IMG/VR virus record: IMGVR_UViG_3300021431_000017 | Source: an uncultured virus (IMG/VR IMGVR_UViG_3300021431_000017) | Taxonomy: Duplodnaviria > Heunggongvirae > Uroviricota > Caudoviricetes | Length of the DNA stretch: 64,000 nt | Reading direction: 5' to 3' (one strand) | Shown here: positions 9,511 to 20,053 of the stretch, one piece after another | How the letters are laid out: each line of letters starts with the position of its first letter | Position numbering within the stretch: position 1 is the first letter of the stretch | Program-made: the position numbers and the translations under genes | The notes under the pieces: generated by a model | The model's database searches: none | Seen by the model: the letters and a program-made list of their open reading frames with translations, nothing else | What the model was told of the DNA's origin: nothing

Positions 9511-10502
9511 AAATATTTTATATTCCTATAGAACCCTACGAAACACGATATACCGCAGATTGGATACAGCAATTTGAGCGGGAGTTTGAACAGCATAATG
9601 TTGAGTATGAAACAATATTAGGTCGAACATTTTCAAGTAAAGTAACAACCGGCGGTGTGTTGGATGCGTGCGGTACACATGTTTATAAGTTTTCTCAATT
9701 ACAGGAATTAATTACAAAGTTAAATATCGGTGAGGTTCATGACGGCGATGTAATATTTTTTGCAGATTTATGGTTTCCTGGGATTGAAAGTTTGTTTTAT
9801 ATACGTAATATGCTGGGAATAGCATTTAAAATTTGCGGGATTTTTCACGCCGGTACATATGACACTCATGATTTTACGTATAGAAATAATATGCGAGATT
9901 GGGGTAAATGGTTGGAGGCTAGTTGGTTTTCTGAAATTGATAAGATTTTTGTCGCAACCGATTTTCATAAACAGTTATTATTAAAGGGTTCAGTCATTAT
10001 TCCTAGACTTGCTGATAAAATTTTTGTTACGGGATTACCGTTTTACGGAGATGAATTACGGGCTAAATATTTAACCGAGAAGGAAGATATAATTGTATTT
10101 CCACATAGGATGGATGAAGAAAAACACCCTGAATTATTTGACCTATTTATAGATAAACTTAAACAGCGTGGTTTAAATTTTACCGCTGTTAGAACTATCG
10201 AAGAGACCAGTTCAAGAGATGAGTATTTTTCGCTGTTAGGTAAATCTAAGATTATGTTGTCATTTGCGGATCAAGAAACATTCGGATATTCAACATTAGA
10301 AAGTATGGCTTTAGATAATATTGTTATAGTGCCTAATCGATTGAGTTATGTAGAAACTGTTCCTAGTCAATATCGATATGACACCTTGGATGAAGCGTTT
10401 ACATTACTGATAAACAGTTTAACTAATTATAAAAAACCTGAATATGATGATTGTTACTTAGTTTGGAAAAATTCAATTTCCACTATGCTTGATTTGCTGT
10501 GA
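9507..10502 (+). CDS. GT-B-fold glycosyltransferase
   Basis: HAGTYD, VFPHRMDEEKHP and QETFGYSTLE (E-x7-E) motifs of GT4-like enzymes. Confidence 0.85.
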   Translation: MKIFYIPIEPYETRYTADWIQQFEREFEQHNVEYETILGRTFSSKVTTGGVLDACGTHVYKFSQLQELITKLNIGEVHDGDVIFFADLWFPGIESLFYIRNMLGIAFKICGIFHAGTYDTHDFTYRNNMRDWGKWLEASWFSEIDKIFVATDFHKQLLLKGSVIIPRLADKIFVTGLPFYGDELRAKYLTEKEDIIVFPHRMDEEKHPELFDLFIDKLKQRGLNFTAVRTIEETSSRDEYFSLLGKSKIMLSFADQETFGYSTLESMALDNIVIVPNRLSYVETVPSQYRYDTLDEAFTLLINSLTNYKKPEYDDCYLVWKNSISTMLDLL

Positions 10503-10509
10503 GGTTACT

Positions 10510-11412
10510 ATGACATTTAATTTATATTTTGCCGGTTGGGGTTCAAGAGATGCTGATGAGTACCTGAGAAGTAAGAAAGTACATAGATTACTATCGTGGG
10601 TAAACGAAACACGGGTTATTGACTGGTGGGAAAAAGATGGTTTAGCCGATAGACTATTTATTGATAGCGGAGCATTTTCTGTAGCACATTCCGGCGCTGA
10701 GATTAGTATTGATGACTATATCGAGTTTATTAAAAATCATAGCGGAATAATAAATTGGGCTGAATTAGATGTGATTCCTTATCCTACCCTTAATACAGAA
10801 ACAGCCAAATATTGTAGTCTTAAAAGTTGGGAAAATTTTGTTTATATGAAAGAACAACTAGATGATGTTACAGTACTTCCGCTTTATCATTTTGGAGAAC
10901 CAAAAGACGGATTATATAGAATACTGAATACAAAGGTTAACGGAAAGTTAATCGATTATATAGGAATTGGTGGTAGGCATGGAGTTTCTACAGACCTTCA
11001 AATTCAGTATTTTAATGAGGTGTTCTCGATTATACAAAAAAGTGATAATCCTAATGTGCGTGTGCATGCATTCGGAATAACTGTGCCGAGAATATTAGAA
11101 AATTTTCCGTTCTATAGTGCTGATTCAACAACTTGGTTACAAGTTGCAATAAACGGAGGAATTTTACGAAAAGATTTAACTACACTTAAAATTAGTGATG
11201 GTTCTAGGGCAGATAAAGATAATGTACAATCAATGATACAGCCTGTTATTGATGCCGTGAGTGATGAAGTTTCTGAATTTAATTATGAGTTTTCAAATCT
11301 TTGCAGTGATTATAAACTAAGGTTACGGTATAATATTGATGTTCTTACTGATTGGGCGTCTAAATATAAATATAGGGGGCCTAAATCATTTGTGTCAAAA
11401 CGATTATTTTAA
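10510..11412 (+). CDS. tRNA-guanine transglycosylase-like (DpdA-like) base-exchange enzyme
   Basis: FIDSGAFS, LDVIP, PLYH, IGIGG, VHAFG, YSADSTTW motifs of the TGT/DpdA barrel; adjacent to yhhQ. Confidence 0.75.
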   Translation: MTFNLYFAGWGSRDADEYLRSKKVHRLLSWVNETRVIDWWEKDGLADRLFIDSGAFSVAHSGAEISIDDYIEFIKNHSGIINWAELDVIPYPTLNTETAKYCSLKSWENFVYMKEQLDDVTVLPLYHFGEPKDGLYRILNTKVNGKLIDYIGIGGRHGVSTDLQIQYFNEVFSIIQKSDNPNVRVHAFGITVPRILENFPFYSADSTTWLQVAINGGILRKDLTTLKISDGSRADKDNVQSMIQPVIDAVSDEVSEFNYEFSNLCSDYKLRLRYNIDVLTDWASKYKYRGPKSFVSKRLF

Positions 11413-11525
11413 ATTTCGGAGGTGTTATATGTTTGTATTAAGTCCTTAACAAGTTCATACATTATCTTACTTACCGTTATTACTTACCGTTAGATATAAA
11501 AGGATGAAATAAAAGGAGATAAAAT

Positions 11526-12197
11526 ATGAATGAATTGAATTTATTTATTGAGATTTTTGTATTATTTACATTTGTTGTGCTGAGTAAAAAATTATTTGGT
11601 CGGGATGGTGTTATTGCATGGATTGTATTAGCATCAGTTCTTGCTAATATTGTTCAAGGTAAAAACGCCACAATTTTCGGTTTAAATGCCGGTATCGGTC
11701 ATGTTTTGTTCTCATCAACATTTTTAGCAACCGATATTTTGACTGAAAGTTACTCACAAGAAGATGCTAAAAAAGCGGTATGGTTAGGTTTCTCAGCGAA
11801 TTTGGTGTTTATTGTTGTCATGTATATTGCGTTACGTTATTTGCCAAGTTCGATTGATACGATGAACGGTAACATGTCAGCGATGTTTGGGTTAAACATT
11901 CGGATTACTGCATCGAGTATGTTTTGGTATTTGATTTCTAATTTCGGTGATGTGTATTTATATAATAAACTGCGGGCATTGACGAACGGAAAGTACTTAT
12001 GGCTGAGAAATAATGTTTCAACAATTTTGTTTAATTGTGCGGAAAATTTCGGGTTTGCATTCTTCGCATTCGGCGGAATTTATACTGTCGAACAAATTTT
12101 GGGGATTGCGGTTGCATCAACGGTTGTTGAAATTATTGTAGGTATTCTTGATACACCGTTTTTATACTTTGCTACATATAAAGAGAGGGAAAACTAA
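11526..12197 (+). CDS. yhhQ: queuosine precursor (preQ0/preQ1) transporter, YhhQ/VUT family
   Basis: Multi-TM; FLATDILTE.Y...AKKAVWLGF, RITASS, WLRNNVST, LDTPFLY motifs. Confidence 0.9.
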   Translation: MNELNLFIEIFVLFTFVVLSKKLFGRDGVIAWIVLASVLANIVQGKNATIFGLNAGIGHVLFSSTFLATDILTESYSQEDAKKAVWLGFSANLVFIVVMYIALRYLPSSIDTMNGNMSAMFGLNIRITASSMFWYLISNFGDVYLYNKLRALTNGKYLWLRNNVSTILFNCAENFGFAFFAFGGIYTVEQILGIAVASTVVEIIVGILDTPFLYFATYKEREN

Positions 12198-13279
12198 TGA
12201 AATTAACGATTAACACAGTAAAACTTCAGGAAATGGTATCAAAAGCAATAAGAGGAGCAAGCAATAATAAATTACTCCCTATTACCGGAATGCTTGGAAT
12301 TAATCTGAAAAACGGAGAACTTATTCTTTCTACCACGGACGCTACAAATTATCTTATGATTGCGGAGCATGATATTGAAGGTGATGACTTTGCAGTAACA
12401 GTGTATGCAGATATGTTTGCCAAACTGATTGCAAGACTTACTTGTGATACAGTGTCAATGGAACTGAAAGATAAGTATCTTGAAGTTACTGGTAACGGTA
12501 CGTATAAGATTGAACTTCCGTTTGATGAGAACGGTGAAATTGTAAAGTTCCCTAATCCAACGCTCAATAAACCGTTTACAACAATTATTGGTAGACTTTC
12601 CGTATCAGTCATTAATACGATTCTGAATTCAGTAAAGCCCGCACTTGCTGTGACGCTTGATAATCCACAGTATACAAACTATTGGGTAGGTGACTGTGTT
12701 CTTGCCACAGATAGTTATAAGATTGCGTCTTATGCTAAGGAAGTATTTGAAAACCCTGTTCTGATTAGTGCGCAGATGATGGAACTTCTTACATCCACTG
12801 CTACTGATGACTTTATGGTTGCATTGAATGCAGATGATAACAGTGAGATTATGTTCACAACAAAGGATTGTATTGTGTACGGTAAACTTCCGTCTGGATT
12901 GTCTGATTACGCAATTAATGAAATTAAGGGTCTTGTTGATAAAGAGTTTACAAGTACTTGTGAAGTTAATAAGGCAACACTTATGCAGTTGCTTGACCGT
13001 CTGTCACTATTTGTAAGACCGTTTGATGACGGAAATATCAATCTGACATTTACTACAGACGGACTTGTTGTTACGTCTGTAGCGAATAGTGGTTCAGAGT
13101 TGATTCCGTATCTTAGTTCTGATAACTTTAAGGAATTTGCATGTGTTATTGATATCAACCTGTTACAGACACAGGTTAAGTCGAATATCAGTGATGCTGT
13201 TAAGATTCACTTCGGTGAGCCTGAATGTATTAAGATTACAGACGGAACTATTACAAAAATCATTGCACTTAATGGTTAA
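12197..13279 (+). CDS. dnaN: DNA polymerase sliding clamp (beta/DnaN-like)
   Basis: 360 aa; LPIT, LSTTD, ATDSYKI, LLDRLSLF features of beta clamps; clamp-loader genes present. Confidence 0.8.
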   Translation: MKLTINTVKLQEMVSKAIRGASNNKLLPITGMLGINLKNGELILSTTDATNYLMIAEHDIEGDDFAVTVYADMFAKLIARLTCDTVSMELKDKYLEVTGNGTYKIELPFDENGEIVKFPNPTLNKPFTTIIGRLSVSVINTILNSVKPALAVTLDNPQYTNYWVGDCVLATDSYKIASYAKEVFENPVLISAQMMELLTSTATDDFMVALNADDNSEIMFTTKDCIVYGKLPSGLSDYAINEIKGLVDKEFTSTCEVNKATLMQLLDRLSLFVRPFDDGNINLTFTTDGLVVTSVANSGSELIPYLSSDNFKEFACVIDINLLQTQVKSNISDAVKIHFGEPECIKITDGTITKIIALNG

Positions 13280-13280
13280 G

Positions 13281-13310
13281 AGAAAAGAGCAGAAATGCTC
13301 TTTTCTTTAT
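13281..13310 (+). terminator. intrinsic terminator
   Basis: AGAAAAGAGCA-GAAA-TGCTCTTTTCT + T tract. Confidence 0.7.
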
Positions 13311-13354
13311 ACTAAACGTGTGATATAATGTTTAAAACAGAAAGTGAGAGTGCG

Positions 13355-14140
13355 ATGGGACGAAGTAGCCTAAAGAATGTCATGCGTTTATTAACCGCTG
13401 ATGATAAACCTGTAGAGCAGTTATTTCTGAGAGATTTAAAGCGGAGTATTGAATTAACCGCTGATAAGAGCGGAAGAAAACCTAGTCAGACATATAAGCC
13501 CAGTTCGATGAATTGTATTAGGAATATGTATTATCAAGTAACGGGTATTGACCAAGATGAAGGTGAATCTTCATACATCAGTGTAGGTATCTGTAATGCT
13601 GGTTCTGATATTCATGAGCGTATTCAGACAGCCGTTACTGATATGAAGAATAATGGTATTGACTGTGAGTATATCGATGTTGCGGAATACGTTAAATCCC
13701 GTGGTCTTGATTATCTTGATATTGTTGCAAAGCAAGGAATGGAAACTAAGTTATATCATAAGGAACTTAATATGAGTTTCTTGACTGATGGCATTATTCG
13801 ATATAAAGGTAAATATTACATTCTTGAATTAAAGACTGAAACAGGGCGAAAATTTTATCAGCGTACAGGTGTTGATGAAAAACATTATAATCAAGGAACT
13901 GCTTATTCGTTAGCGTTTGGACTTGATGAAGTAATCTTTGTTTATATCAGTAGAGATATATTGGACATGAAGTCTTATATGTTTACTGTTACAGACGATA
14001 TGAGGCAGAGTTTGAAATATAAGATAAAGGAGTGTGATGAATACGTAAGAGAAAAGATAACTCCGCCAAAGCCGGACACACACGGCGGTAAATTGTGTGA
14101 CTATTGCGCTTATCAGAAAACATGTGAAAGAGAGGGTTAA
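13355..14140 (+). CDS. Cas4-like PD-(D/E)XK exonuclease
   Basis: PSSMNCIR, GSDIHE, TDG..., LELKT, H..Q...Y, C-terminal CDYCAYQKTC. Confidence 0.85.
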   Translation: MGRSSLKNVMRLLTADDKPVEQLFLRDLKRSIELTADKSGRKPSQTYKPSSMNCIRNMYYQVTGIDQDEGESSYISVGICNAGSDIHERIQTAVTDMKNNGIDCEYIDVAEYVKSRGLDYLDIVAKQGMETKLYHKELNMSFLTDGIIRYKGKYYILELKTETGRKFYQRTGVDEKHYNQGTAYSLAFGLDEVIFVYISRDILDMKSYMFTVTDDMRQSLKYKIKECDEYVREKITPPKPDTHGGKLCDYCAYQKTCEREG

Positions 14141-14143
14141 ACG

Positions 14144-14440
14144 ATGGAGATTAAGACACTGGAACACTATGTAATTACACTGCTGGATAGCAAAGACGAT
14201 GAGATTAAGGAACTTGAAACTGAGAATGCTGAACTTCTCCTTAGTATGAGAGAATATAAGCAGAAGTATGAAACACTGGTATCTATTCTCAGTAAGAACG
14301 GAGAATTTCATCGCAGTGAAACGCATACTTGGTATGACTTCACTGTATGGAATGATGATGCAGACTACGGTCTGATTGAGTCGATTTTTAAGGATATTGT
14401 AAAGCACGATGACGAAGATAAACAGGGGGAAACAGTTTGA
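14144..14440 (+). CDS. hypothetical coiled-coil protein
   Basis: 98-aa ORF with RBS. Confidence 0.65.
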   Translation: MEIKTLEHYVITLLDSKDDEIKELETENAELLLSMREYKQKYETLVSILSKNGEFHRSETHTWYDFTVWNDDADYGLIESIFKDIVKHDDEDKQGETV

Positions 14441-14906
14441 GAATGTAATAAGGGACTCGTTTCTCAAAATACCTAACGTGTCAGTAGATAGACTACATGA
14501 CCAAATGACAGGATTTAAGGTGACTAGCGCAAACGTGTGTGACTTCATTGTATATAAGAAACCATATGAATATTATATTGAATGTAAGTCAGTACACGGC
14601 GCTAGTCTGCCGTTTTCTAACATTACAGACAATCAATGGAACGGATTACTTGAAAAATCTAAGATTGATGGTGTATTTGCAGGAGTTATCTGCTGGTGGA
14701 TAGATAAAGATAAAACGATGTTTTTACCAATTGAAATATTACATGATTTAAGAAGAAGTGGTGAATATAAAAGTTATAGATATGATTATTTTCATTGGAA
14801 TGGAATACAGAAAACTATAGAAATAAAAGGAAAAAAGAAAAGAGTTTTCTTTGATTACGATATGGGGCAATTTTTTAAAGAAATAGAGAAGGAGAATAAA
14901 AAATGA
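14409..14906 (+). CDS. recU: RecU-like Holliday junction resolvase
   Basis: NRGKQFE, CDF, IECKS, NITDNQ motifs. Confidence 0.8.
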   Translation: MTKINRGKQFENVIRDSFLKIPNVSVDRLHDQMTGFKVTSANVCDFIVYKKPYEYYIECKSVHGASLPFSNITDNQWNGLLEKSKIDGVFAGVICWWIDKDKTMFLPIEILHDLRRSGEYKSYRYDYFHWNGIQKTIEIKGKKKRVFFDYDMGQFFKEIEKENKK

Positions 14907-17068
14907 ATAGTATTGATTATGATAAAACGTGGCTTACAGAGATTACAAAAACGGTTAATACTCTACCAAGTGATTTGGGTAAATCGTGGAGAATTTTGTG
15001 TACACCAAACTATTTTGACACATATGGCGTATATAGCGATGAAAAATATATGACAGTTAAGCGAGTAATTATTAATAAACCTGCAACTATTATTTTGTGG
15101 GAAGATGGTAGTAAAACAGTTGTCAAGTGTGCGTCAGACGAACCGTTTGACGCAGAAAAAGGAATTGCAATGGCATATATTAAGCATGTGATGTTTAAAG
15201 ATAAAACAACCAAATGTAATAAATGGTTTGATAAACAACTTGAACAGTTAAATGAGGAATAAGAGGATATTATTATGTTAGCCATTATTAGTATTCTTGC
15301 TGTAATCAGTGGACTCTTAGTCGGAGTAATTATTTCCAATATTCAGAATCTTGATAAGATGACCAAACTTGTTAAGCGTATTGAGGTATTAGAAAAACTT
15401 AACATCGTTACGGATGATACTGCTCATTCAGCAAGTGATGCCGTTGCGTCTATTTATCAACTTGAAACTGCTCATTGGAATTGGACACGTAAGTGGGTGA
15501 ATTATATCTTAACTTCAGTTGATTTAGAGTCAGAGACTTGGCAAGAACAAGAGCCGATTATTGATGAACATGCTGAAGTTACACCGTTTACTATTAAGGG
15601 GAATAATAAATGATTTACGATAATCTTGATATGGATAAACTCCACAAGATTCAATTTAGAGTTGAAGATAACTCCAAAATTCTTGATGATGTTGTTTCTG
15701 ATATCATTCGACCGTATTGCAGGGATTTAGACAATTATGTGGCATTTGTTAGAGACTGTCTCAAAGATGGTGACAAACCTGCGAGTAATCAGGAACTTGA
15801 AGATTTCTGTATGAATCTGTCCACATATATCTATTATGCAAGCGGTGTTGTTGAAACGCTTGGTATTAGAGATGATATTAGTAAAGCATTGTGGAAAGAG
15901 ATTTATCATTCTACAAGAAATGAAACAACTGGCGGCACTGTCGCTGATAAGGATAGTAAAGCAGAATTAGCAAGTCAGCAGGAACAGTTGACAAACATCT
16001 GTTATAACAGAGCCTACAGAATTATGAAGGCTAAGGTCGATAGCGCACAGGAATTATTACAGTCGGCTAAAAAAGTTTTATCTCATCGTATGCAGGAAAT
16101 GGAACTTACAAAATTAATGGATAGATAATATGACAGATTACGAGATTAGAAAACAGGCATATAAACTTGTATATAATGATTTAAAGAATTGTAGATTATT
16201 TTTCGGTAAGCATAATTCAAATGGCGAAAATATGCAGTATGTAATGCAAGGCATTAGTGTTGTTATGGATAAGATTGCACGCATGGCTGGATATGAGGAT
16301 GAATTTCAGTTGTTGTGGAACGCTAATATGTTTGAAAGTGAAATGAAAGGTAGCGGTGAATAGTATGATAATTAATATTCCGATTCAGATTCATGAAGAA
16401 GAAATGACCAAATTAATTAAACAGGATTATGAAGAAAAGGTCATTGATGAAATTGTTAAATACATTACGAAAACGATTGAAGAACAGGGTCGTGGATATG
16501 GTTATAGTTATAATACTCGGTTTGACGCTGGTATGTTGAATATTATCACACGACAAATGGATAAATTTCTTGACGAACATAAGGAAGAAATTATAGATAA
16601 AGCAGGAAATATTCTTGCGGAAAAATTGAGACGAACAAAACGAGTTAAAGATGTTGTAGATGGTGTGCTTAATGAATCCATGTAAACAGTGTGTAAAGAA
16701 ACGTAATTGTAGGAAATGTAAAGTACGGAAAGATTGGATTCGACATTTAATAAAGCAAAAACGGAGAGAGAAAAATGGCAAGAATGATTGAACCGATGCA
16801 TTTATATCCCGAAGAAAAGAAGCGTATGCAAGAAGTCGAAAAACAGGGATTATCCGTTATGACTTGCAATAACTGGCTGTGTCCGTTCAATAATGACGGA
16901 TATTGTGTAGAACCTACAAAAGGCGATATTTGCAGTATTTATGGTGATAAAGAGTTTAAAATGTGGTTAGATGCAGTCTATGACGAAAAACGATCCGATT
17001 TATTCAGAAATTTTGTGAGGTATTACATGATTGCTAAGTGGGGTAAAAATGACACAGAGATTAATTGA
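14903..17068 (+). CDS. run of small hypothetical proteins (14903-15262, 15275-15613 with N-terminal TM, 15610-16128, 16130-16363, 16356-16685, 16775-17068)
   Basis: Tightly coupled ORFs with RBSs; 14903 ORF carries the common phage motif ATIILWEDGSKTVVKC..D.EKG. Confidence 0.65.
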
Positions 17069-19145
17069 TGCGGATGCGCTGAAGACGGCGTTATATTATG
17101 ACGTTTCAAAAGGCACATACGGAGAATTTACGGATGGTTCAGAAGTATCACTTACAGATAGAGAAATACTCAAACTGATAGACGAACAGCCAACCATAGA
17201 CGCAGAACCCGTGAAACATGGGAAGTGGAAACAGTTGGCAGGAGTGCAAGAATGCTTTGATATAGCCGGCATTAAAACGTGGGCAATCAAATACATGTGC
17301 GAATCTTGCGGATTCCAAACGTTTGCCATTGAAGGACATTTTGCCCAATACAATTACTGCCCACAGTGCGGCGCAGACATGAGAGGTGAAGAATGAGAAT
17401 TGAAACGATTGAACAATACCGAGAGCGCATGATAGAAGCGTTTCACAATGCGGATTGCGATAGTTTAATTTCCGTCGTTGCTCTTCCAACAGAAAAAGAG
17501 TTTCAGCATCTTGAGTGGTTGCTAAAAAAGGAATATGTTCCGTTCTTAGAAAGAGCCAATAAGGCATTGAAAGCCCAGAAGTTACCGGAACCTGTTCGAC
17601 ATGGGAAGTGGATTAAAGAGGATGAAATGAAAAATCTTGGCGGTGACGATAGAGTGCAGACACATATGTATTACACGGTTTACCGTTGCTCTAGTTGTCA
17701 GTCAATAGGCAGTACAGATTATAAGTATTGTCCGTATTGCGGAGCAGATATGAGGGAAGAAATATGATTCAGATTGAGATGGATATGCCAAAGTCGTGTG
17801 CAGTGTGTAGATTCAATTCACGATGCGATGACTGTGAGCATATATGTAACTATTGCATGGCGGCAGACTTTAAAGATGACGATGATGCAAGAATAGGTTA
17901 CTTTAACGACGGGTCGCACGAGTATGACCCTGAAATAGGATTCACTCCTGAAGACCGCAGACAAGATTGGTGTCCATTGAAGGAAGTAAAGCATGGGAAG
18001 TGGATAAAAGCAGACAGTCAGCAATATTTCCGAAAGCATTATCCGTGCTTTACTTGCTCGGAATGCGGTTACAGAAAAGACAGTCAAAAGAAATGGAACT
18101 ACTGCCCGAACTGCGGAGCGAGGATTAAACGATGAGTAAATGCAGATTTTGTTCCGCGATGGAACAATACAGGGAAATTTACGCGACTTCCAAGTCGCTG
18201 ACAACAGAAAAAGATAAGGCAATATTTGGCGAGTATATGACCGAATATTCAGTAGCGATTGTAAGGCGAAGTTGGTACAAGAAACTAGGAAAACGGTCGG
18301 GCGGCAGAACCACTGACTATAGATACAGAGGTTTAGGTTATGCGCTCAACTATTGCCCGGAATGTGGGAAGAGGATGGATGAAGAATGAAAGACATAGAA
18401 ATTTCCAAAGGACGCATGAAAATCTTAGCAATGGACTTTTCGTACAGAAAGAAAAAAGGACTTGGCATTTACGATTATCATAGCAATGCTTATGTGAAAG
18501 TTGCAACGTTCAATAATGAGGAAAGCGCAGAATGTTTCATGGAATATCTTGCTAAATTCGTAGAGGCGAGGATGGATGAGAATGAATAAGGAGTTATCAC
18601 CTCTCTCCTGTCCAAACTGTGGTGCGCCTATCAATCGGGTGACTATGAAGTGCGAATACTGCGGAACGGTGTTTGAAGAAGTCGGTTACCGAGAACTGAA
18701 AATCATCCACAACCCTTACGCAGTTCCGCTCAAAGCAGTAGTTAAAGTTCCGTATGAGATGATTCATCAACTTGGTGATAAGGAGTCTGAGTCAATTATC
18801 AGAAACGAACTGCTGAACGAAATGAAGCCGATCTTGACAGAACACATGGATATCGTCTGCGAAGAAGACCCGCTGACATGGTCATATCGCTGTATCGGAA
18901 GGCTTAGAGTTGTTCCGCCGAATTACAAGTTTTAGGAGGGGCGAATGAAAAAATACATTTGCAAGGATGTACCATCCGATTACGGTGGTTATCTTGACAT
19001 TGAAAAGGAATTGATACGGTGCAAGGATTGCAAATATTCAAAGCCGATTGATTCCGAATGGTTAGAATGTCAACACGATAAACGAGTTATGAAACATGAT
19101 GGATTCTGTTCTTGGGCAGAGCCAAAGGAGAATAAAGATGAGTGA
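17049..19145 (+). CDS. cluster of small Zn-ribbon/accessory proteins (17049-17396, 17393-17767, 17764-18135, 18132-18389, 18386-18589, 18576-18935, 18945-19145)
   Basis: Repeated HGKW...C..C...YCP.CGA module in three ORFs; CxxC pairs in most others. Confidence 0.7.
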
Positions 19146-19443
19146 GTATAATCAAGAAGCAAAAGCAGATGCGGGTAAACCGCAATTAACACTTGTGCCT
19201 AGAAAGATTATTTGGTTTATTGCACAGGTGAGAATGTATGGTACTGCAAAGTATCATGACAAAGATAATTGGAAGCGTGTCGAAACAGAAAGATATCGAG
19301 ATGCGGCATACAGACATTTCTTGGCATATCTTGATGACCCACAAAGTGTTGATAAAGAAAGTGGTCTTCCGCATTTATGGCACTTAGCTTGTAATATAGC
19401 ATTTTTATGCGAGAGGTTTTTTGAAGATGATAACAGTAAATAA
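19138..19443 (+). CDS. dATP/dGTP diphosphohydrolase-domain protein (DUF5664-like)
   Basis: KADAGKP..LVP, YGTAKY..DNW, AAYRH, DKESGLPHLWHLACN. Confidence 0.85.
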   Translation: MSEYNQEAKADAGKPQLTLVPRKIIWFIAQVRMYGTAKYHDKDNWKRVETERYRDAAYRHFLAYLDDPQSVDKESGLPHLWHLACNIAFLCERFFEDDNSK

Positions 19444-20053
19444 TATTTCAGTTTGGGGATTTGAGCATGCAGTCCGAGGACTTCGTAACCCCATGAATAG
19501 TTGGGATAAATCAGATAGTACGTGGATTTATGATATTCCAAACGCTAAATTTCATTTAGGTAAAAATGATTTAGACCTTATGCATAGACTGTATGAAGCA
19601 GGTACGGAGCATAGAAAATATTTACGTCAAATTTTCGTTAGTATGGATATTACAGCACCGCTTTATTGGTGGAAAGAATTTGATACTTATAAAGTCGGCA
19701 CAGTTGCTAATTCCTGTTCTACTATGCATAAGATTGCCGCTAAAGAATTTGAGTTGAACGATTTTAGTCACGAGCATTTATCCAATAACTCTGAAAAAGT
19801 GTTAAATTTTGTTATTAAATGCATGAATGATTATAGGGAAGAGTTTTTAAAGGACAAAGAAAACCATAATTGGTGGCAGTTAATACAATTACTTCCATCT
19901 TCTTATAATCAGAAAAGAACTATAACAATGAATTATGAAAATGTGATGGCTATGATTAAACAGCGTACAGGGCATAAATTAGACGAGTGGAATAAATTCG
20001 TAGAGATTCTGTTGTCATTACCGCACATAAAGGAGATTAGAGATGGGAAGTAA
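19427..20053 (+). CDS. ThyX-like (FAD-dependent thymidylate synthase family) protein
   Basis: EHRKYLRQI, APLYWWKEFDTYKVGT, SCSTMH, LLPSSYNQKR, HKLDEW. Confidence 0.75.
   Translation: MITVNNISVWGFEHAVRGLRNPMNSWDKSDSTWIYDIPNAKFHLGKNDLDLMHRLYEAGTEHRKYLRQIFVSMDITAPLYWWKEFDTYKVGTVANSCSTMHKIAAKEFELNDFSHEHLSNNSEKVLNFVIKCMNDYREEFLKDKENHNWWQLIQLLPSSYNQKRTITMNYENVMAMIKQRTGHKLDEWNKFVEILLSLPHIKEIRDGK

Noticed and set aside
11418..11525. preQ1 riboswitch upstream of yhhQ
   Set aside because: No recognisable P1 stem with the conserved loop and A-rich tail
13355..14140. CRISPR-Cas adaptation gene cas4
   Set aside because: Stand-alone Cas4-like nucleases are common in phage recombination modules; no cas1/cas2 or array
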